64,000 nucleotides of DNA from the human T2T-CHM13v2.0 reference genome, Homo sapiens, in assembly GCF_009914755.1 (NCBI RefSeq), contig NC_060929.1; one strand, given 5' to 3'. The notes under the pieces are model-generated. The model made no database searches. It was not told the origin of the DNA and was given only the letters and a program-made list of their open reading frames with translations. A program made the translations under genes and the position numbers. Positions 1 to 17,972 of this stretch are shown in pieces; positions within the stretch are counted from its first letter, which is position 1; each line of letters starts with the position of its first letter.

Positions 1-3082
<3,082 letters not shown>

Positions 3083-3142
3083 GATGTTAGCTGGTTATTT
3101 TGCTCGTTAGTTGATGTAGTTTCTTCCTAGCCTCGATGGTCT

Positions 3143-4159
3143 TTACAATTTGGCATGTTTTTGCAGTGGCTGGTATCAGTTGTTCCTTTCCATGTTTAGT
3201 GCTTCCTTCAGGAGCTCTTGCAGGGCAGGACTGGTGGTGACAAAATCTCTCAGCATTTGCTTGTCTGTAAAGTATTTTATTTCTCCTTCACTTATGAAGC
3301 TTAGTTTGGCTGGATATGAAAGTCTAGGTTGAAAATTCTTTTCTTTAAGAATGTTGAATATTGGCCCCCACTGTCTTCTGGCTTGTAGAGTTTCTGCCGA
3401 GAGACCGACTGTTAGTCTGATGGGCTTCCCTTTGTGGGTAACCTGACCTTTCTCTCTGGCTGCCGTTAACATTTTTTCCTTCATTTCAACTTTGGTGAAT
3501 CTGACAATTATGTGTCTTGGAGTTGCTCTTCTCAAGGAGTATCTTTGTGGCATTCTCTGTATTTCCTGAATCTGAATGTTGGCCTGCCTTGCTAGACTGG
3601 GGAAGTTCTCCTGGATAGTATCCTGCAGAGTGTTTTCCAACTTGGTTCCATTCTCCCTGTCACTTTCAGGTACACCAATCAGATGTAGATTTGGTCTTTT
3701 CACATAGTCCCATATTTCATGGAGGCTTTGTTCGTTTCTTTTTATTCTTTTTTCTCTAAACTTCTCTTCTCACTTCATTACATTCATTTGATCTTGAATC
3801 ACTGATACCCTTTCTTCCAGTTGATCAAATCGGCTACTGAGTCTTGTGCATTCGTCACGTAGTTCTCGTGCCGTGGTTTTCAGCTCCATCAGGTCCTTTA
3901 AGGACTTCTCTGCATTGGTTATTCTAGTTAGCCATTCATCTAATCTTTTTTCAAGGTTTTTAACTTCCTTGCCATGGGTTCGAACTTCCTCCTTTAGCTC
4001 GGAGAAGTTTGATCGTCTGAAGCCTTCTTCTCTCAACTCATCAAACTCATTCTCCATCCAGCTTTGTTCCGTTGCTGGTGAGGAGCTGCATTCCTTTGGA
4101 GGAGGAGAGGCACTCTGATTTTTAGAATTTTCAGTTTTTCTGCTCTGTTTTTTCCCCAT
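3143..4159 (-). pseudogene. L1 ORF1 (338 codons, no net indel, two premature stops)
   Basis: ATG at 4159 (MGKKQSRK) to native TAA at 3143-3145 is 1017 nt. In-frame TGA at 3770-3772 and 3176-3178. Confidence 0.93.
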
Positions 4160-4734
4160 CTTTGTGGTTTTATTTACCTTTGGTCTTTGATGATGGTGAT
4201 TTACAGATGGGGTTTTGGTGTGGATGTCCTTTCTGTTTGTTAGTTTTCCTTCTAACAGTCAGGACCGTCAGCTGCAGGTCTGTTGGAGTTTGCTGGAGGT
4301 CCACTCCAGACCCTGTTTGCCTGGGTATCAGCAGTGGAGGCTGCAGAACAGCGGATATTGGTGAACAGCAAATGTTGCTGCATGATCATTCCTCTGGAAG
4401 TTTTGTCTCAGAGGGTTACCCGGCCATGTGAGATGTCAGTCTGCCCCTACAAGGGGGTGCCTCCCTGTTAGGCTACTCGGGGGTCAGGGACCCACTTGAG
4501 GAGGCAGTCTGTCCGTTCTCAGATCTCAAGCTGCGTGCTGGGAGAACCACTACTCTCTTCAAAGCTGTTAGACAGGGACATTTAAGTCTGCAGAGGTTTC
4601 TGCTGCCTTTTGTTCAGCTATGACCTGCCCCCAGAGGTGGAGTCTACAGAGGCAGACAGGCCTCCTTGAGCTGCGGTGGGCTCTACCCAGTTCGAGCTTC
4701 CCGGCCACTTTGTTTACCTACTCAAGCCTTGGCA

Positions 4735-5334
4735 ATGGTGGGCGCCCCTCCCCCATCCTCGCTGCCACCTTGCAGTTTGATCTCAGACTGCTGTACTAGC
4801 AATGAGCGAGGCTCCATGGGCGTAGGACCCTCTGAGCCAGGCGCGGGATACAATCTCCTGGTGTGCCGTTTGCTAAGACCATTGGAAAAGCGCAGTATTA
4901 GGGTGGGAGTGACCCGATTTTCCAGGTGCCGTCTGTCACCCCTTTCTTTGAGTAGGAAAGGGAATTCCCTGACCCCTTGCGCTTCCCGGGTGAGGCGATG
5001 CCTCGCCCTGCTTTGCCTCAGGCTCAGTGCACCACACCCATTGTCCTGCACCCACTGTCCGACAATCCCCAGTGAGATGAACCCAGTACCTCAGTTGGAA
5101 ATGCAGAAATCATTCGTCTTCTGCGTCGCACATGTTGGAAGCTGTAGACTGGAGCTGTTCCTATTCGGCCATCTTGGCTCCACCCCTCCTATGTATTTCT
5201 TAAATCTGTCCTCTTATCTCCATCCACCTTCCCTCTGCCTTTACTCAAGTGCTCCTTATCTTCTCTCCTCTCTTTATTGTCAGAGCCTCCTAAAAGGTCG
5301 GCCTGCTTCCAATCACCCTCCATTTCAGTTCTAA
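4735..5334 (+). CDS. L1 antisense ORF0, extended to 199 codons (expression not shown)
   Basis: gcaATGG at 4735 opens MVGAPPPSSLPPCSLISDCC...RVGVTRFSRC, which matches primate L1 ORF0. The frame stays open past the L1 5' end to a stop at 5332-5334. Confidence 0.5.
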   Translation: MVGAPPPSSLPPCSLISDCCTSNERGSMGVGPSEPGAGYNLLVCRLLRPLEKRSIRVGVTRFSRCRLSPLSLSRKGNSLTPCASRVRRCLALLCLRLSAPHPLSCTHCPTIPSEMNPVPQLEMQKSFVFCVAHVGSCRLELFLFGHLGSTPPMYFLNLSSYLHPPSLCLYSSAPYLLSSLYCQSLLKGRPASNHPPFQF

Positions 5335-5845
5335 AGTGAAAATCTGATCCTGCTTAAAACTTTTAAGTGCCTCACTGTCACCATGAGACCCTTCACAATT
5401 CCTCCCTGCATGTGCACAGGCCCCTTCTGAGTGGACCCCTGGGTCATGCTCTCTAGCCTCACATCTCGCTGCTCTCCACCTTGCAGTCCAGGCTCCAGCA
5501 ATGCAGACCCCCCTCCAGGACTGCTCTCCCAACCTCCCTGTCTTTATTTATGTTCCTTTCTCACAGGCTAGAATGCTGCCCAATCTCCTCCCCACCTGTG
5601 TTCTGCTTATCTGGCCAAGCCATTCCCAACCTTTCCATCTCAGAAAGCCTCCCCACACCCTGGGCTCTGAGAGGTGGCTCTTATTGTGTGCAGACAGCAC
5701 CCTGGGCTTCATCCTAATATTCCCACTGCATAATAATAATACATGTACCTGTCTACTTCACTAGAGTGTGAGTTTCCTAAGGGAGCAATATGTCCCAGTT
5801 ATCTTTTTATCTGCAATGAAAGACGGAGTGAATAAATGAATGGTC
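5330..5845 (+). mobile_element. L2 LINE fragment (approximate bounds)
   Basis: Degenerate L2 3'-end-like text (ctagagtgtgagtttcctaaggg...aataaatgaatg). Confidence 0.45.
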
Positions 5846-5989
5846 AATCAACTTGCGTTTAACAGATAATGAAACCGAGGCTAGACTCTACATATAACTC
5901 ATTGGCAGGAAAGTTGGGACTCAAACTCTGATCATGTTCTATCAGAGAAGGATTAGAAGTGTCATCCTTGGATTTAAAAAACCTGGAAT

Positions 5990-8228
5990 TAAAAAGTGCT
6001 AGCTAGAGTAATCAGACAAGAGAAAGAAATAAAGGCATCCAGATTGGAAAGAAAGAAGTCAAATTATCCTTGTTTGCAGATGATACGATCTTACATTTGG
6101 AAAAACCTATAGCCTCCACAAAAAAACTATTAGGACTGATAAGCAAATTCAGTAAAGTTACAAGATACAAAATCAACATACAAAAATCAGTAACATATAA
6201 AAATCGGTAACATTTCTATGTGCCAACAGTGAACAATCAGAAAAAGAAATCAAGAAAGTTATCCCTTTTACAATAGCTACCAATAAAATAAGATACCTAG
6301 GAATAAGTAGTAAGTAGATCACTACTTAACCAAAGTAGTGAAAGGGCTCTACAATGAAAACTATAAAACATTGATGAAGGAAATTGAAGCAGACACAAAG
6401 TAATGGAAAGATATTTCATGTTCATGATTGGAACAATCAATATTGTTAAAACGTCCATACTACCCAAAGCAATCTACAGATTCAATGCAATCCCTATCAA
6501 AATACCAAAGACATTCTTCATAGAAAGAGAAAAAATAATTCTAAAATTTATATGGAACCACAAAAGACCCAGAATAGCCAAAGCTATCCTGAGCAAAAAG
6601 AACAAAACTGTAGGAATCACATTACCTGATTTCAAATTATACTATAGAGTTATAGTAACCAAAACAGCACGGTACTAGCATAAAAACAGACACCTAGACA
6701 AAAGGAAGAGAATAGAGAACCCAAAAATAAATCCATACATCTACAGTGAACCCATTTTCAACAAAAGTACCAAGAACAGACACTGGAGAAAGGATAGTCT
6801 CTTCAATAAATGGTGCTGGGAAAACTGGATATCCATATGCAGAAGAATGAAACTAGACCCCTATCTCTCACCATATAGAAAAATCAAATCAAAATGGATT
6901 AAAGACTTAAGTCTAAGAACACAAACTATGCAACTACTAATAGAAAACATTGGGGAAACTCTCCAGGACATTGGACTAGGCAAAGACTTCTTGTGTAATA
7001 TCCCACAAGCACAGGTAACCAAAGCAAAAATGGACAAATAGGATTCCATTGAGTTAAAAAGCTCCTGCACAGTAAAGAAAATGACCAACAAAGTGAAGAG
7101 ATAAGCCATGGAATGGGAGAAAATATCTGCAAACTATCCATTTGACAAGGGACAAATAACCAGACTATATAAGGAACTCAAACAACTCTATGGGGAAAAA
7201 AAATCTAATAATCTGATTAAAAATGGGCAAAAGATCTGAATAGACATTTCTTAAAAGAAGACATATAAACGGCAAACAGGTATATGAAAAGGTGCTCAAC
7301 ATGATTGGCTATCAGAGAAATGCCAATCAAAACTGCAGTGAGATATCCTCTCACCCCAGTTAAAATGGCTTTTATCCAAAAGACAGGTAATAATGAATGC
7401 TGGCGAGGATGTGGAGAAAAGGGTACTTTTGTACAATGTTGGTGGGAATGTGAGTTAGTACAGCCACTATGGAGAACAGTTTGGAGGTTCCTCAGGAAAC
7501 TAAAAACAAAACTACCACATGATCCAGTAATCCCACTGCTAAGTATATACCCAAAAGAAAGAATATCAGTATATCAAACATACACTTGCACTGCCATGTT
7601 TATTGCAGCACTATTCACAATAGCCAAGATTTGAAAACAACCTAAGTGTCCATCAACAGATGCATGGATAAAGAAAATGTGCTACATATACACAATGGAG
7701 TACTATTCAGTCACATAAAAGAATGAGATCAACCACGTGCAACAACATGGAGGGAACTGGAGGTCATTATATTAAGTGAAATAAGCCAAGCACAAAGACA
7801 AACATCACATGTTCTCACTTATTTGTAAGAGCTAAAAATTAAAACAATAGAACTCATAGAGGTAGAGAATAGAAGGATGGTTACTAGAGGCTGGAAAGGG
7901 TAGTGGGGTGAGGGTAGGGGGGAAGTGGGTATGGTTAATGGGTACACAAATATACTTAGATAGAATGAATAAGAGCTAGTATTTAATAACACAATAGGGT
8001 GACTACAGTTAATAATAATTTATTGTACATTTTTAAATAATCAAAAGAGTTTAATTGGAATGTTGGTAACACAAAGAAATGATAAATGCTTGAGGGCATA
8101 GATATCCCCATTACCCAGATATGATTACTATGCATTGTGTGCCTGTATCAAAATATCTCATGTACTCCATAAATATATATTTATACCTACTATATACCCA
8201 TAAAAATAAAAAATAGAAATAAAAAAAC
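5990..8228 (+). mobile_element. 5'-truncated L1MA (L1MA1-3-like): 3' ORF2, 3'UTR and A-tail
   Basis: ORF2 remnants (LFADD region near 6066; [17 protein letters not shown]; MKLDPYLSPY). L1MA-type 3'UTR, A-rich tail at about 8200-8228, degraded TSD aaacctggaat/aaacccagaat. Confidence 0.88.
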
Positions 8229-9348
8229 AAACCCAGAATAGTATGTGTGTAATGAGAAAGACAATATTTGTTAACAGTGGTATTAATCACACACTGCAGA
8301 AGAAATGGCATGAATCAATTAAGGTTGTGATTTATATGCAGTAAGAACATGGAAAGCAGAATAATTAAATTTAAACTTTTCTCGTCAGCTTTTTGAAGAG
8401 TCTATTTCTAGAAATAGGTGCATTTACCTGAAATGAAAACTACCTAGGAGCGCCTGAACTTCAAACCCAGTTGGTTTCCAGCTGTCATATATATATTCCT
8501 CCTAGTGAGGAGGATATATGTATAAACATAAATATATGTCAAATTTAAATAACCACATACATTCCTTGTAAGGTAAATTCCTAAAGTTTGAATAAGAGTT
8601 ACCTTAGCTCAGAGGTTCTCAAATTTCTGTGTACAAAAGAATCACCTGAATTCTTGTTAAAAATGGAGATTTTTGGGCCTCTGGGTTTCTAATTCAGCTG
8701 GGCTGTGATAGAGTCTGAGAAACTGAATTTTTAAGATTGTGGTGAAATTCACATTACATGAAATTAGCCATTTTAAAGTATCCAATTCAGTGACATTTAG
8801 AACATGGCACAATGTTGTGCAGCCATCACCTTGAAAATTGCATTTTTAACAAATGCTCCACTGCTGCAGGTGGTCCCCAGACAGCGCACTGAGAATAACT
8901 ATGCTAAGATGATGGGTAGAGGTGGCAAGGAATGAATCATGGATTTCTCTCAGATTATAACAGAAATTTTTAAAAGTTAGCTTTATCAAACATCAAAATC
9001 TAAAAATTATGCCTTTGCCTTTACCGATCACCAAATATAATCCAACACCAGGAAGCTAGATTGTTTTCATGGTTTTCTGTACTAATGGACTCAACATTTA
9101 TTGATTTGAATGCAACCAGTATTCTTATCCTTATAAAGAAGTACAGGGCTAAGTGAAGTAAAGTGAGAGAAGTGGGAAAAAATGAATCACTGCTCTGTGA
9201 TTAGTTAGTCCAGGTCCTTGGGTTATAATTACATTATTATAGCACATTATTAATTTCAACTTCAGGAAATGAAATTGTCAATAAACACAGAAGTCTCTGG
9301 AGAAAGAAATGCAAATTAGGTTTCTCCTTATATTCAAACCCTCATCTA

Positions 9349-9699
<351 letters not shown>

Positions 9700-10868
9700 T
9701 TAATATAAATACACAATGGCTGCATTAAGATGTTGAGGTCAATCACTGTTTTCAGGGTTGCAGAATCGGTTTTCCTAGTCTTAACTCATGACCTAGTTAC
9801 TCAAGAGTTGTCCCTAACCTTAACTCATTTTACTCCAGGTCAGATTCCTGTGCAGGTTCCTGGAATTTAGCAACTACAAAGATCAGCCATGGTGACAAGC
9901 ATCCAGAATACAATGGTGTCTTCCTAACAGCCACTAGTGCTGCTTCTCTGGACCACTACCCTGCGAAAACAACAAACACAGAACAAGATGAAACCCCATC
10001 ACAACATAAGAAACCAAGATGGACAGACAGCTTATAATGCCAGAATCTTGGAAACATGTCCAGAAACTACAAGACCAGAGAAGCTGGGCTGAGGAAATAA
10101 GAACTGGCCCACCCTGCTTTGCCTCATGACACAGAGCCCTTCACCTAGATTAAGAGAGGCAGGAAGACAGCCTGAGAAGGGATGGCACTAATTTAAGCAG
10201 AGGAGAATTATTACCTCCTCTACTTCTGTGTGCTTAGAGATCACAACTCCCAGAAGACAATAGGCAGGAAAAGAGAAGGTCTGGCAGTGCTGGCACACTG
10301 TATCCTGAGGAATGTCCCCAAAAATAAAGCCCTGAAAATGTGGAGATAGGAAGAGTCTGGGGTTCTTTTAGCCTGTCAAAGAATTAGAGTGCCAAAAAAG
10401 AAGAAACTGTAACTAGGTGGGTCAGGTTCAATAGAGTAGAACACTTAATGCCTATATGCCACCAGGAACTCTGTGAGGTGTATGCATCAACCTGACCTCA
10501 AGCTGCAGATTTGAGAAGGAATCAACCAGGAAACAGTGACCAGAGGCCACAAGACGGCCACACATTCTGTGTGTGCAGATCCTTCACCACTATACTCCAA
10601 GGAAGAGCATCTAGCTGGCAATGACTTCCTATAAAAATAAAGATTTTAGAAAAGTTCTATTCAGAAAGGTTCAGGAAAAGGATGGGTCCTGTGAACACAA
10701 GCGTAGAAATGCAGTACAATGGGATGAAATAAATGGAAAAGAAAATGAGATGCAAAAAGACAACTGATTAGGTTAATTGGGTTTTGACCTCAAGTAGATC
10801 TGGGTTTGAATTCTGGCTTTTTCAGTTGTTAGCTGTGTGGCCTTGGACTAATCGCTTAATTTCTTTAA

Positions 10869-10975
10869 GCGGCTCACACTGATAATCCTAGCATTTTGGG
10901 AGTCTGAGGTGGGAGGATCACTTGAGCCCAGGAGTTTGAGACCAGTCTGGGCAACATAGCAAGACCCTATCTTTA
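10869..10975 (+). mobile_element. Alu monomer (FLAM-like) within a MIR remnant
   Basis: Single arm, gaggtgggaggatcacttgagcccaggagtttgagaccag. Confidence 0.75.
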
Positions 10976-11129
10976 TTTTTTTATTTTATTTTTTAAAAAG
11001 AAGTTTTGATTTCTTCATTGGTAAATGGGATCAAGAAACCATTTACTATCTCACAGGGTTACATTGAGGTTTAATGCTACTAAATACTATACTATACTAT
11101 ACTAACAAGCTTGGAAGAAAAGGGTACTG

Positions 11130-11870
11130 ATTGAAACAGAGACAGCATTGCAAAAAAACTAAAAATACAATCAACAATAATCTATGTTGGAGATATTAAG
11201 GTGTAGGATTAAAATTGCAAAAGTGTCTAAACTGGTAATGCAGAAGAGCTCCAAAGCCTGAGAAAAAGGACAAAAAAAATGAAAAGGATGAGAGAAAAGC
11301 TGAATCAGGGATTCAACACAGTAATTAAAGATATTTTTGAGACATAAATCAAGTAGAACAAAAGCAATAAGCTAAAATAGGAACAAGGAAAGCCTCCTGG
11401 AGTGAATAATCATCTCAGCATGCAGTTTCAGGGCTCACTATATTTCAGGCAAAATTAATTTCAAAACATTTTAAAGACACACACCTAGATATAATTCAGC
11501 AAAAAATGTAAACTATGGAAATAATTTTTTAAATGCCTCCACAAAAGGCTTCAGGGACCAGCTAAACAGAAAGATCTTTCCAACATTCTATAAACTATTC
11601 CAGAGCATAGAAAAAGATGGCAAAACTAACCACATTATTTTATGAAGTGAGCACAACCAAGACAACAAAACCTGACACAAAAAAGAAACCACTAACTCTA
11701 CTTCCACTTCTGAATTGATGCAAAAATCCTAAATGAAACCCTAGCAAACTGAATTCATCAGTATAATAAAAATACATAGGCACGGTCAAGTTGGATTTAA
11801 CCTAACAAAGCAAAGATGATCCAAGATTAAGATATCTATTAATATAGTATCAAAATATAAGACAATCCTA
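11130..11870 (+). mobile_element. Old L1M ORF1/ORF2 remnants (approximate)
   Basis: A-rich degenerate L1 text, e.g. aattgatgcaaaaatcctaaatgaaaccctagcaaac (IDAKILN...LAN-like). Confidence 0.55.
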
Positions 11871-12055
11871 TTTAAGGTGATCCTCATTTTCTCAGTGAGA
11901 AGCTCCAAATGTTACTACTACCAGCTTGAATAAATATAGATGTTTATGAAATAGTCAACTATCTGTTTGAAAGTACAATTATACATACACATTTGCAATC
12001 ATATAATAAAGGAAATATTTATCTTAAAATATTTTTCCATTCTCAAATATCATGA

Positions 12056-12397
<342 letters not shown>

Positions 12398-14179
12398 TCC
12401 CATGCATTCTTGATGGGAATGTTATCACAAGAGCCACTTAGAGATATTTAATACAGTCTTCCAGAACTAGCATCTTCACTTCTGTCTGAGCACATTTAAG
12501 CCCACGTACAATACATTAATCCATATATACTTTCACTTTAGAAAATCATTTGTCCTGAAATTGTCTAATTGTGATCTCTAGAACAAAGACTTGTTTTATA
12601 AACTTATGACTTCCAATTCTTGCAACAATGAGGTCATTTCCCAGGAATAATTTTGCTACACCAGTGTTACATGTCCTAGCATCTTTTTTTTAATTGATTC
12701 TTTCTAGTGACTTCTCTAGGCATTCAAAACCAGCACTGATCAAAATGCTATGCCAGGATATTCAAAATAAATTAAATTGAGAATGACTCCCAGAATCTGA
12801 GAGATCTTGTTAAGGGCTGAAATATGTCTACCTTTTTTTTCTGAAGAGTAAGTTTTGGGAGAAAAACAAATTTTAACCTTTTTCACAGCAGGACATACTT
12901 AGAAAATTATAGTATTTGGATAGCACCCACACAAGTGAACAAGGCTGCTCAGGGTAGATGCTATTCTGGCCCTGCCCAGGCTCCTCAGTAGATCAATATT
13001 GCAGCACACCATATGTAAAGCTCTGCTATACCATGAGGTCCTATGAGAACACTGAGATCATCATCTGGGAGGCAGGATACTGTAGTGGAGCCAGGCTCTG
13101 CCTGGCTGCGTGACCTGGGGCAAGTTACTTATGCCCTTTGTGCTTCAGTTCTCACATCTCCAAGATGGGACAATAATAGTTCCCAGAGAATCCATTATCA
13201 TGAGGATTCACTGAACTAATTCGCATGAAACACTTAGAACTGCGTCCCACACATAGTAACTGCTCAACAAATGCCACGTTCAATAACTATGCCTGATTGA
13301 AAGCAAAACAAAACAACTCGTGAAAAAACAAAACCACAAAAGTATGAGTAGAATACCAAAATGAATTCCTCAACATGTCACCTCACCCCTACATGGTCAT
13401 GTTACAGTAAAACTCACCAGATGACAAGCCCTGACCTGGCACTTGGAGTTTCCAATCAAATTGTTAGATTTCAGCCAAGAATCTCTAGGGATTTGAGAAA
13501 ACCAAACCACTCTCATTAAAGACAGACTATAACAAAGATATAAACAAACTGAAAAAAAGAACTCAAAAGGAAGAGAGATAATGTTGGCAATATCAGCAAA
13601 CTTTAAAAAAAGTATATACATACATATATATACACACACACATAATACACATTTAAGAGTAATGGTTAAGAGCACAGGCTTTGGGGAAACAAGTTATGAC
13701 ATCTATAAATTAAAAACAGAACTTTACAAAAAAGGAATTATCAGAAAACACAAAAGAGTTGCTGGTAATTAACAGACATGGCAGTTAAAATAAATTCAAT
13801 AGGAAGCTTACAAAACAGTAAGATTTCCCAAATACTAGAAGAAAAATAAAGAAAACAGGAGAGGGGAAAAAAAAACTAAGAAAAATTAGAGGACTGACCT
13901 GGTGACCAAATAATAGGAGTTCTGTACAGAAAAAATAGGGGAAGGTGGGACGGAGGGCCACACAATTCCAAAATAAATCATATAAGAAAATTCCCCATAA
14001 CAAAAGGATCTGCATTTTCAGATTGAAAGTGCTCTCTGAGTACTCAGCATGATGAATAAATGATGATCTATACCCAAAGCACATCACAGTGAAATTTCAG
14101 AAAACCGTCTCTAATGAGAGGGGGAAGTTGCATATGTAACAGATTAGGAAACAGAATGGCATCGCCATAATGAAAATGA

Positions 14180-14578
<399 letters not shown>

Positions 14579-15002
14579 TAATACCAAAAAAATCTAAACT
14601 TGGAGACACTTTCATAGATTTAAATGGCTCCATTATTTGTCTTCATAATGTCACAATCTGTCTCTTTGCAGTGATACAGAGACCCTTCTAGTTGGTGGGA
14701 GTTGTGACCATAGAGGATGTCTGGGTTGTAGAGAGAGCTGGGAACAAGCCACTCTAGGGATTCACTACCCAGCAGCCCTGTATATGAGTGATGTCCACTC
14801 ATACTTACTCAGTTAGTGAACATGTGTTTTCAAGCCACAGTCCCAGAATATTTTGATATCTGAGGGAACGGGGGAAGCCCATCATTCTTTTTCCTTAGAT
14901 ATATCTTTCCATCCACAATTACCATGTCTCCACTATTGCAGTTTGCATTTATTTTAATAAGGCAATGCTAACCGCTCCAATTTGTCTTCATTCCACTTAT
15001 CA

Positions 15003-15308
<306 letters not shown>

Positions 15309-15354
15309 TTAAATATAGAAGGATAAGACAGTTCAGATTTATGCATTAATAAAA

Positions 15355-16310
15355 ATAATATCAAGACAACCTACAGAATGCATTGAAAGTATTTGTGAAT
15401 CACATGTATGATAAGGGACTCATCTCCAGAATATATAAAGAACCCTTACAACTCAATGATAACTCAACTACAAAATGGGCAAAGAATCTGAATAGCAATT
15501 TCTCCAAAGAGGATACACAAAAGGCAATAAACACATGTAAAGACAGTCAACATCATCAGTCATTATTAAGATGCAAATTAAAACCACAATGAGGTAACAC
15601 TTCACATCTGTTAGGATGGTGATAATTTAAAAATGGAAAAGAACAAGTATTGGTGAGGATATGGAGAAATTGGAACTGTCATTCATTACTAGCAGGAATG
15701 TAAAATGGCACACATAGCCACTTTGAAGAAACATTTTGGCAGTTCCTGAAATTGTAAAACATAGAGTTACCATATGACCCAGCATTTCCATTCCTAGAGA
15801 AATCAAAGCATACATCCACCCAAAAACTTCCATGAATATTCACTGCAACATTATTCATAATAGCCAAAGAGTAGAAACAACCCAAACATCTATCAATTGA
15901 TGAATGGATAAACAAAATATGGTATATTTTCAGCAACATATGGCAATAAATGAAATAAAGTATTGATACATACTACAACATAGATAAACCTTGAAAACAT
16001 TATACTAAGTGAAATCAGTCAATCGTAAAAGTCCTCATATTATGTAATTTCATTTATATGAAATTCCAGAAATATAGGCAAATCTATAGAGACAGAGGGT
16101 GGTTGCCTGGGGCTGTAGGAAATTGTGGGGGAGAGGAATGGTGAGTGATTGCTAACAGATACAAGGTTTTTTTGGGGGGATGATGAACATGTTTTAAACT
16201 TAGATTGTGGTATGGTTGCATAACTGAAAATTTACTATTGAACTGTATACTTTAAATGAGTGAATTTTATGATATGTAAATTTTGTTTCAATAAAGATAT
16301 TAAAAAATAT
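15355..16310 (+). mobile_element. L1MB-type 3' fragment
   Basis: ORF2 C-terminal remnants (DKGLISRIYKE) followed by an L1MB-type 3'UTR ending aataaagatattaaaaaa. Confidence 0.8.
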
Positions 16311-17699
16311 AACAAAAGACACAAGACAAAAAATTGAAAATAAAAGCCAGAGTCCCAGAACGGCCTCAATGGACCTAATCCAAACAAATAATAATATCAG
16401 TAATGGCAACCACATATTAAATGTTGTCTACATACTAGACAGTATGATAATAATTTACATATTCTATCTCATTTAATGAAACCACCCTATGTTACAGCAA
16501 TTTTACAGATGAGTTAACTGAGGCTTAGAAAGGTTATATGTGTGACTTGTCCAACTCCACATTAACCGAAGAGCAATTTCCTATTGGAAAACCCACTATT
16601 ACGATATGGATGTGTACCAATAGAGGCTTTAGCTTTTTGCTTTAGCTGAAAATAAGCCCTCATCTTTTAGAAGAGGTTTAGTATTTTTAAACTATATTTT
16701 ATGAGAAAAAAAGTGAACACCATGCCTTGTTAGTCTTTGATGCAGGACCAAACATAAGACCAGTTTAATTCCTGAAACTAAGAAGTATGACACACTGATT
16801 CTATTTTACCACTTACATCAATTTGCAACATTTAACATTAGTGGCATACCAGGTCAGCTTCTCCTTTTTAATGAGCCTTTCTGAAGGCATTCTCTTCATA
16901 GTGCTACAGAATTCTTTAATGAGTTGAAAAGCCTCAAAGAGACAACAACTAGTTTAACCCAAAAATAAACGTATAATTCTGTTAAAGTATTTGAGGCATT
17001 TAAATCTCATAAATGAATGAAAATGGTTAGAAACAGACTTTGGTGGGGGGGTGGTGCTCGTATTTCATTCTTCATTGTTGACAAGTTGTTTTAAATTTTA
17101 TATTACACATCCTTGTAATGCAAAAAGGAGTATCCATACATAGAGCTCAAATAGACCCCCCAAAAGTTTATTTATTGTTCAGGTCTTTGGAACTCAGAAA
17201 TACGTTTTCCCTAAACTCACAAAGTTAAAAATAGCTGCTAAATGTCAAAGTCGTTGCTTTAAAACCTATTAAACTAAGGAGGCAGCTGATGGAGTGAAAA
17301 TGATGATAATGTAGAACCCGTACTTCCATTATTTCCATGGGAAAACATTCCAAATTCCCACTCCAAAAGTCTATTCTATAACCTCTGACACCATTTCAGT
17401 TCTGCCTCTGCTTCCACTCGACACACATACACCTTCTACTCCAGCTGCATGGTCATGCTGAAGCGTCTATGTTCGTGTAGACCATGGTGCAGGACATCCC
17501 AACAGATGCCCTGCCTGGGGGTGATGAAGGTCTCGGCTGCGATGTCTGGAGGGAAGAACGTGCAGGTGCATCGCTGACCTGACAGTGCAGTATGGGTCTG
17601 CTCTGGGTACTGCTATCTGGGTCTTCAGCACTAGACTGAGCCAACTCCAGCCACCAGCCAAGGTCCAGATGGGGATAGGATTAAAAATCGGAAGTCTAC

Positions 17700-17972
17700 A
17701 ACAATTTGCAGCCCACGTAAAGTTTTAAAAAAATCAGGAAATATCACATCGATCTGTTTTTATATAAAAAAACTTTTTTGGAAAAATCAGAATTTCTGAC
17801 TACTCTTTGTCCACACTCCATCTGGTAACAAAAGGCTGGAGTATGAGAAACAGGGGCCCCATCCCCCTCAAATGCTATCCAATTTTCTAGTTTCCCACTG
17901 TTCTACATAAACTGCTTCACTTCTTTAGGTTAGCAGCCTGGCCCTTGCAAACACGAGATTTTGTGACTCTGA
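17700..17972. mobile_element. MER102-like hAT fossil (approximate)
   Basis: Loose resemblance to the remembered consensus (gcctggcccttgcaaacacgagattttgtgactctg). Confidence 0.35.

Noticed and set aside
17430-17670. Locally GC/CpG-richer stretch in intron 3 with short ORFs
   Set aside because: No homology, tail or TSD recognised.
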